A stretch of DNA of 64,000 bases from Candidatus Latescibacterota bacterium. GTDB taxonomy: Bacteria; Latescibacterota; UBA2968. The position numbers and the translations under genes were made by a program. Below, in pieces: positions 59,027 to 64,000 of this stretch (the stretch's first letter is position 1; the number at the start of each line of letters is the position of its first letter). The stretch covers positions 1,120,001 to 1,184,000 of the forward strand of contig OZ242010.1 of the NCBI GenBank assembly GCA_965204745.1, in the 5' to 3' direction. Below the pieces are notes generated by a model. The model was not told the origin of the DNA. It made no database searches and saw only the letters and a list, made by a program, of their open reading frames with translations.

Positions 59027-61555
59027 TCAAGTACTAAACTGATTCAACGACACGTAGTCCTTGATATAATCCGGTACCGTAGCATGAAACGCCTGCGGCA
59101 CGGCGCGATAGTCGTTCAGGGAAAACGCCGCGTTGGTCGCCAACTCTGGGAAGCGTCGCTCGTCGATGATGTCCCGCGTGCCTCCGTTGGTGAGGTATGC
59201 TTTGAAGTAGGACTTGACCGCGAGAAGGGCCTCGGGGTCTTCCAACTTTTGATCCGCGAGGAACTTGTCGAACTCCTCGTCTAACAACTCGTCTTTGGAC
59301 TTGAAGCGCGGGATGAGGCCCAAGGCTTTTTCCAGAATTTCGCGCAGGGTCAAGCGGCGATCCACATCCGCGGCGCGGCGCAGCTTGTCCAATGTGTAAT
59401 ACTCCTCTGGCTTGTTGAAAACCTCGCGGGTGACGTAGTCGGCAACGCGCTCCCACTGACCCGCTTCAACCGCCTGCACGACGGTCTCGTCCGCGCGCAC
59501 CGTGTCCGCAAACCGGTCGAAAAACATGCGGTCGATCCGCATGCCCTCTGGCCCGATGCGTTCCTCCCGAACCTCTGCGAGTGCGTCCGGCCCCAAATGT
59601 TGATAGGCACCGAGATAGGCAGTCCGCTCATCAACGCCTTCTCGGGCTTGGGCATCGCCGGGTAGTCGGGGCAATTCCAACACCTCGTCGTAATTGAACT
59701 CGGTCTCGAAGTATTCGCAGTTGGCAAAAAAGTCAAACAGCTTAAACGCGGTCTTCTGTGGCTCGGCAACATCGTCTTTCAACGCGTCGTCGAAAAGCAG
59801 GTCGAGAAAATTGTGTTGCCGAGTGCCGCGGCCCTTGATCTGGATAAAGTCCGTCGGCGAGAAAATGGGGCGAAACAGGCCCAGGTTGAGAATGTCCGGG
59901 CAGTCGTACCCCGTGGTCATCATCCCGACTGTCACGCAGACGCGGGCCTTGCCCGTGCGGTATTCGGACAGGAAATTGCCCGCGCCGAGCAACTTGTTAT
60001 TGGCGAAATTTTTGGTGAACTGTTGCGCGCGTTGCACCTGTGACGTGACTTGCACCGCGAAATCCGACCGATACTTGCCGGGAAACATGCGATAGGCGAT
60101 TTCATTGAGGAGATTGGTCAACCGCGCCGCGTGGTTCTGGCTGACCGCAAAAATGATGGACTTGCCGATCTCGTTGCTGACCGGATCGTGCAGCGCGTTC
60201 GCCATAAACGTCTTGCAAAAAAGCGCGTTGGTCTCATCCGAGAAAAACGTCCTCTCAAACGTGCGTTGCTTATAGGTCGCCTCTTGATCCTCGCCCGTGT
60301 CGTCGGTGAACACAACCATAAACCCTTGCTCAGAAAGGAGTTGTGCGGTCACGTCCGTGCGCGCATCCACCACCGTCGGGTTGATGAGCACCCCATCTTT
60401 CACCCCGTCCAAGAGGGAATAGCGGAACGTCGGATCTCCGCTCTCGCAACCAAACGTGCGGTACGTGTCGCGCAACAACCTGCGCTCTGTCTCCCGAGGA
60501 TCAGCCGCATCGGCATGGGCAACGCCTTTCAGATAATCGCGCGGCGTTGCGGTCAGCCCCAACTTGTAACCGACAAAATAATCGAACACGGCCCGCGCAT
60601 TGCCGCCAATGGAACGGTGCGCCTCGTCTGAAATCACCAAATCAAAATCCGTCGGCGAGAAAAGCGACTGGTACTTGTTGTCGAACAGCAGGGATTGCAC
60701 CGTGCTGACCACGATCTCCGCGCCGCGCCAATCCTCCCGTCGTTCCTTGTAAATCACCGTGTCAAAATCATTGGCGAGCAAGCCCCCAAACACCCCGGCG
60801 GCTTGGGTTTCCAATTCCAGCCGATCCACCAAAAACAGCACCCGCCGCGCATTGCCAGTGCGGAGAAACAACTTGATAACCGCAGCCGAGACGAGCGTCT
60901 TGCCCGTGCCAGTCGCCATTTCAAAGAGAAAGCGATCCGCGCCCTCCCTCACTGCGCGTTGCAAGGCGTGAACGGCCCGCGTCTGATACGGGCGCAAAAA
61001 GCGCAACTCGTGCGCCTTAACAAAGTCCTCGCGCTCGTGTTCATTTCGCCACGCCGCTTCTGCCGCATAATTGGGCCGTTGCGTCAGCGCGATATAATCA
61101 GCCCCAACCCGCTCGGCAACCAACCCCTGCGGATTGGGTTCGACCTTTAGGTACCGGCCCACCGAATCCGGCGTGGGGAACGCCGTGATGATGTGCGGAT
61201 TGCCCCGGTCCAAATCCCAAAAGTAGTGCAGGTTGCCGTTGGACATGATAACGAACCGGCAGTTCAGGGAACGTGCGTACCGGCGCGCCTGCTCCTTGCC
61301 GACGAGCGGGGACTTGTCCTCGGACTTGGCTTCCAACACGACCAACGGAAAGCCCCGGTCATCCAACAACAGAAAATCGACAAACCCCTTCCCCGCCTTC
61401 TCGAAATCATCCCCCATGCCGTCGAGATCAGCCGCCGCAATCGCCACGCTGAGTTCCAACCGGATATTGGCGGGCGTACCCCCTTCATCAAAAAACCGCC
61501 ACCCCGCCGCCTCGAGCAACCGATTGATTTTTATCCGCGCTGTCGCTTCATTCAT
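59027..61555 (-). CDS. hsdR: Type I restriction enzyme R subunit (EcoAI/EcoEI-like)
   Basis: E..AR.KI...L..AGW, D...VLEAK, QA..YA, MATGTGKT, DEAHRSI, GLTATP, TTGYD, QIKGRGTR. Confidence 0.9.
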   Translation of the reverse strand: MNEATARIKINRLLEAAGWRFFDEGGTPANIRLELSVAIAAADLDGMGDDFEKAGKGFVDFLLLDDRGFPLVVLEAKSEDKSPLVGKEQARRYARSLNCRFVIMSNGNLHYFWDLDRGNPHIITAFPTPDSVGRYLKVEPNPQGLVAERVGADYIALTQRPNYAAEAAWRNEHEREDFVKAHELRFLRPYQTRAVHALQRAVREGADRFLFEMATGTGKTLVSAAVIKLFLRTGNARRVLFLVDRLELETQAAGVFGGLLANDFDTVIYKERREDWRGAEIVVSTVQSLLFDNKYQSLFSPTDFDLVISDEAHRSIGGNARAVFDYFVGYKLGLTATPRDYLKGVAHADAADPRETERRLLRDTYRTFGCESGDPTFRYSLLDGVKDGVLINPTVVDARTDVTAQLLSEQGFMVVFTDDTGEDQEATYKQRTFERTFFSDETNALFCKTFMANALHDPVSNEIGKSIIFAVSQNHAARLTNLLNEIAYRMFPGKYRSDFAVQVTSQVQRAQQFTKNFANNKLLGAGNFLSEYRTGKARVCVTVGMMTTGYDCPDILNLGLFRPIFSPTDFIQIKGRGTRQHNFLDLLFDDALKDDVAEPQKTAFKLFDFFANCEYFETEFNYDEVLELPRLPGDAQAREGVDERTAYLGAYQHLGPDALAEVREERIGPEGMRIDRMFFDRFADTVRADETVVQAVEAGQWERVADYVTREVFNKPEEYYTLDKLRRAADVDRRLTLREILEKALGLIPRFKSKDELLDEEFDKFLADQKLEDPEALLAVKSYFKAYLTNGGTRDIIDERRFPELATNAAFSLNDYRAVPQAFHATVPDYIKDYVSLNQFST

Positions 61556-61666
61556 ACCGCGCCCTCTCAAATTGTTTTTTGATGTGTTTTTGCATAGATT
61601 ATATTTTACCAAAGAGCCATCTCAAAACAACGCCATCTCGCCGAGGAGCCAAACAAGGAGGTTTTT

Positions 61667-63106
61667 ATGAATGTCATTCTCGTCATCATCGACACGATGC
61701 GCTACGACTATATCGGTGCGAACGGAAATGATTGGATCGAAACGCCCAATCTCGACCGGTTGGCCGCGCAATCATGGTGCTTTGACCGCGCTTTTGCGGC
61801 CAGCTTTCCCACGATTCCCTATCGCACGGATGTCATGACGGGCAAGTACGGCAGTCCCTTCCACACTTGGAAACCCCTGCCTTTTGACACGCGCAGCCTT
61901 CCCTCTGTGTTGGTCGAAGCGGGATACGCCACGCAACTCATCCACGATACGCCCCACTTGGTCAACGGTGGACACGCCTTTGATTATCCCTTTCACACCT
62001 GGACGTTTATTCGCGGCGCAGAAGTTGACCGCGCCTGGATGGACGACGAAGCGCGATGGCCGAGCAACTGGTGCAAAGATCCGCTCTTTGACAGCTTGGG
62101 CGAAGATGCGGACCTGACAAAACACAACCTCACGTATGCCCGCACCAACCGGGGGCGGAAAAATTTAGACGACTGGAATTGCGCCAAGTTGTTCAATACC
62201 GTAGCCCAGTTCTTGCGGGACAATGCGCGGCGGGAAAACTTCTTCTTGTGGATCGACTGTTTCGATCCCCACGAACCCTGGGATGTGCCCCCGGCTTTTA
62301 TGCTCAAGTACGACCAAACCCCCGGTTACGATGGTCGCCTCGATCCCCGCGCTTTTCAGGGGGCGCGCAACAATCCCAATTTGCCCGACGAAGCAAAAGC
62401 CCGCATCAGGGCTAGCTATGCGGCCAAAGTCACTTGGATGGACCACTGCTTTGGGCGATTTCTCGAAGCCTTTGACGCCGCGGGGCTGGGCAAAAACACC
62501 GCGATTATCGTCGCAGGCGATCACGGCACCAACGTGGGCGAGCGCGGGCGCTTTGGCAAATACGCGCCCGTGTACGAACAGGAAATCCACATCCCGCTTT
62601 TCATCAAAACACCCGAAGGCGATGCGGGCCGCAGTACGGCCATTTTCCAACCCCAGGACTTTTTCGCCACTGTCGCCAACTTGGTCGGTGCGCCCATTCC
62701 TGGGGGGTTGGACAGCCACGACATCCTCACCGCGGCGCGGCAAGGCCGGGCAGGTGCGCGAAAACTCGCCCTCGCTGGCACGGCCAGAGGGTGGTCGGAA
62801 CAGCGCGGATTTTTCACTGTTTTTGACGGTGATGGGTACTTGGAGTGGAAGCCCGCGGGCGAAGACTGCATGCTCACGGCCTACGGCTCGCTGGACGATA
62901 TCGCCGCTGAACGTGCTGATCGCGTTCAGAACCTGCACGCCGCTGGCCTTGCCGAACTCGAATGCCGAGGGGCGGATCCCATTCTCATCGACTGGCTCAA
63001 AAACGGCGCGAAAGGCGAGGTGCCCGACGATTGCCGGCTGTTTGATGGCTGGCCCGGTCCAAAGGGATTTCAGACCTATTTCGCCAGGGCCTATGGCGGT
63101 GTTTGA
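61667..63106 (+). CDS. Sulfatase-like alkaline-phosphatase-superfamily hydrolase with a TxPxR motif
   Basis: NVILVIIDT.RYD, TPNLD, PTIPYRTD.MTG, FDPHEPW, DHG. Confidence 0.8.
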   Translation: MNVILVIIDTMRYDYIGANGNDWIETPNLDRLAAQSWCFDRAFAASFPTIPYRTDVMTGKYGSPFHTWKPLPFDTRSLPSVLVEAGYATQLIHDTPHLVNGGHAFDYPFHTWTFIRGAEVDRAWMDDEARWPSNWCKDPLFDSLGEDADLTKHNLTYARTNRGRKNLDDWNCAKLFNTVAQFLRDNARRENFFLWIDCFDPHEPWDVPPAFMLKYDQTPGYDGRLDPRAFQGARNNPNLPDEAKARIRASYAAKVTWMDHCFGRFLEAFDAAGLGKNTAIIVAGDHGTNVGERGRFGKYAPVYEQEIHIPLFIKTPEGDAGRSTAIFQPQDFFATVANLVGAPIPGGLDSHDILTAARQGRAGARKLALAGTARGWSEQRGFFTVFDGDGYLEWKPAGEDCMLTAYGSLDDIAAERADRVQNLHAAGLAELECRGADPILIDWLKNGAKGEVPDDCRLFDGWPGPKGFQTYFARAYGGV

Positions 63107-63176
63107 TCGGCGGGCAGTGGCGAATACCAACTCGCTCTCTCGCCTCACATCGGGCCAACGGCAATTCAATTTGGTA

Positions 63177-64000
63177 TTATTTCCCAATCGCGACCCAAAT
63201 ATCCTTTGTCATTGCGGGGTTCCCTGGGCGGTTCAGGTCGGTTACGGTTGCGACAATCGCGAGTTTTTGGCCCGGTTTTGCCGCCACGTTGAGGGCGACG
63301 TACACGGGCTCGGTTTCCGAAGTGCCCCGGTGTTCATAAGAAATCTGCACGCCTTCTCGTTTTTCCGAGATGCCCAACAATGTGCCGATGCCCTTTAACA
63401 AGCGGGCACCGGCATTTTTGCTACCGCGCACGGCGTAGTCCACGCGGTAATGCGTTTGGCCCGTGTCGTCGCGCAGGAGGTTGTACACCTCATAGTACAG
63501 ATAGACCGGCTGTTTGGGGGCAAAGGTGTGCGATGGCAGGGGGATCACTTCGAGGTCGGCCCGAATGAATTTGCCTGTCGTGTGCGTTTCCAAGGCGGCA
63601 ATATCGCCGGCGACGACGAGGTCGCTCAGCATCAAGGTCGGGGCATCGTAGGATTCCACCTCGACGAGTTGCCGATAAATTTGCAATCGCCCCGAAGCCG
63701 GATCGGTCACGCGCACGGCCATAAAGTAGGGCCCTGGCGCGACTTGTGTCGTCACTTGGTCCACCCATAGAACCCCGGGGTTGTCAGTGACTTCGCGTTG
63801 CGTTGTCGATGTTTCCAGAGTGTCGCGGGCGATTTCGGTTCCCGTTGCGTCAAACAAGACCCATACGCGCTTTACCGAAGCGGATACAAGTGACCCTCGC
63901 TTTCTGGTGGTTAGGGATGTCCACGGCACGCCGATAAAGGCATCCAAGCGCGTATCGCGTCCGTGCCCTCTGAAATCTGCTATGGACAAATGCAGGGGCA
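63177..64000 (-). CDS. C-terminal part of a GWxTD-type protein (5' end beyond the window)
   Basis: PG.Y...V.VTD, L.LSDL, P.P...F.....VYLYYEVYNL pattern. Confidence 0.55.
   Translation of the reverse strand, partial: PLHLSIADFRGHGRDTRLDAFIGVPWTSLTTRKRGSLVSASVKRVWVLFDATGTEIARDTLETSTTQREVTDNPGVLWVDQVTTQVAPGPYFMAVRVTDPASGRLQIYRQLVEVESYDAPTLMLSDLVVAGDIAALETHTTGKFIRADLEVIPLPSHTFAPKQPVYLYYEVYNLLRDDTGQTHYRVDYAVRGSKNAGARLLKGIGTLLGISEKREGVQISYEHRGTSETEPVYVALNVAAKPGQKLAIVATVTDLNRPGNPAMTKDIWVAIGK

Overview
64-kb bacterial chromosome segment containing the replication origin. Orphan 'DLDGDGxIGFADFLIF' EF-hand tails, a GWxTD-type protein and many sulfatases/PhyH genes suggest a Latescibacterota/Gemmatimonadota-like organism (inference). 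The core is rsmG-mnmE-yidC-rnpA-rpmH <> dnaA-oriC-dnaN-recF-dciA-gyrB-gyrA with two parS sites. Other housekeeping genes are dapA, dapB, engB, serA, purA, birA, tmk and a pgsA-like gene. Accessory content: (1) two tandem, diverged IS110 elements whose bridge-RNA target and donor guides can be read directly from the sequence and match a dispersed 7-bp repeat family; (2) a 6-kb mosaic of toxin-antitoxin modules plus a PLD-SNF2 helicase gene, bounded by short direct repeats; (3) an IS701 remnant beside a tmk-DUF6979-like fusion; (4) a defence island with a 5mC MTase/ParB-like/putative nuclease triplet and a type I RM system (HsdR plus fused M-S) split by a GxxExxY gene flanked by 104-bp palindromic repeats. 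Candidate structured non-coding RNAs and a second DnaA-box cluster were also seen. All calls come from motif recognition by eye; no database searches were run.
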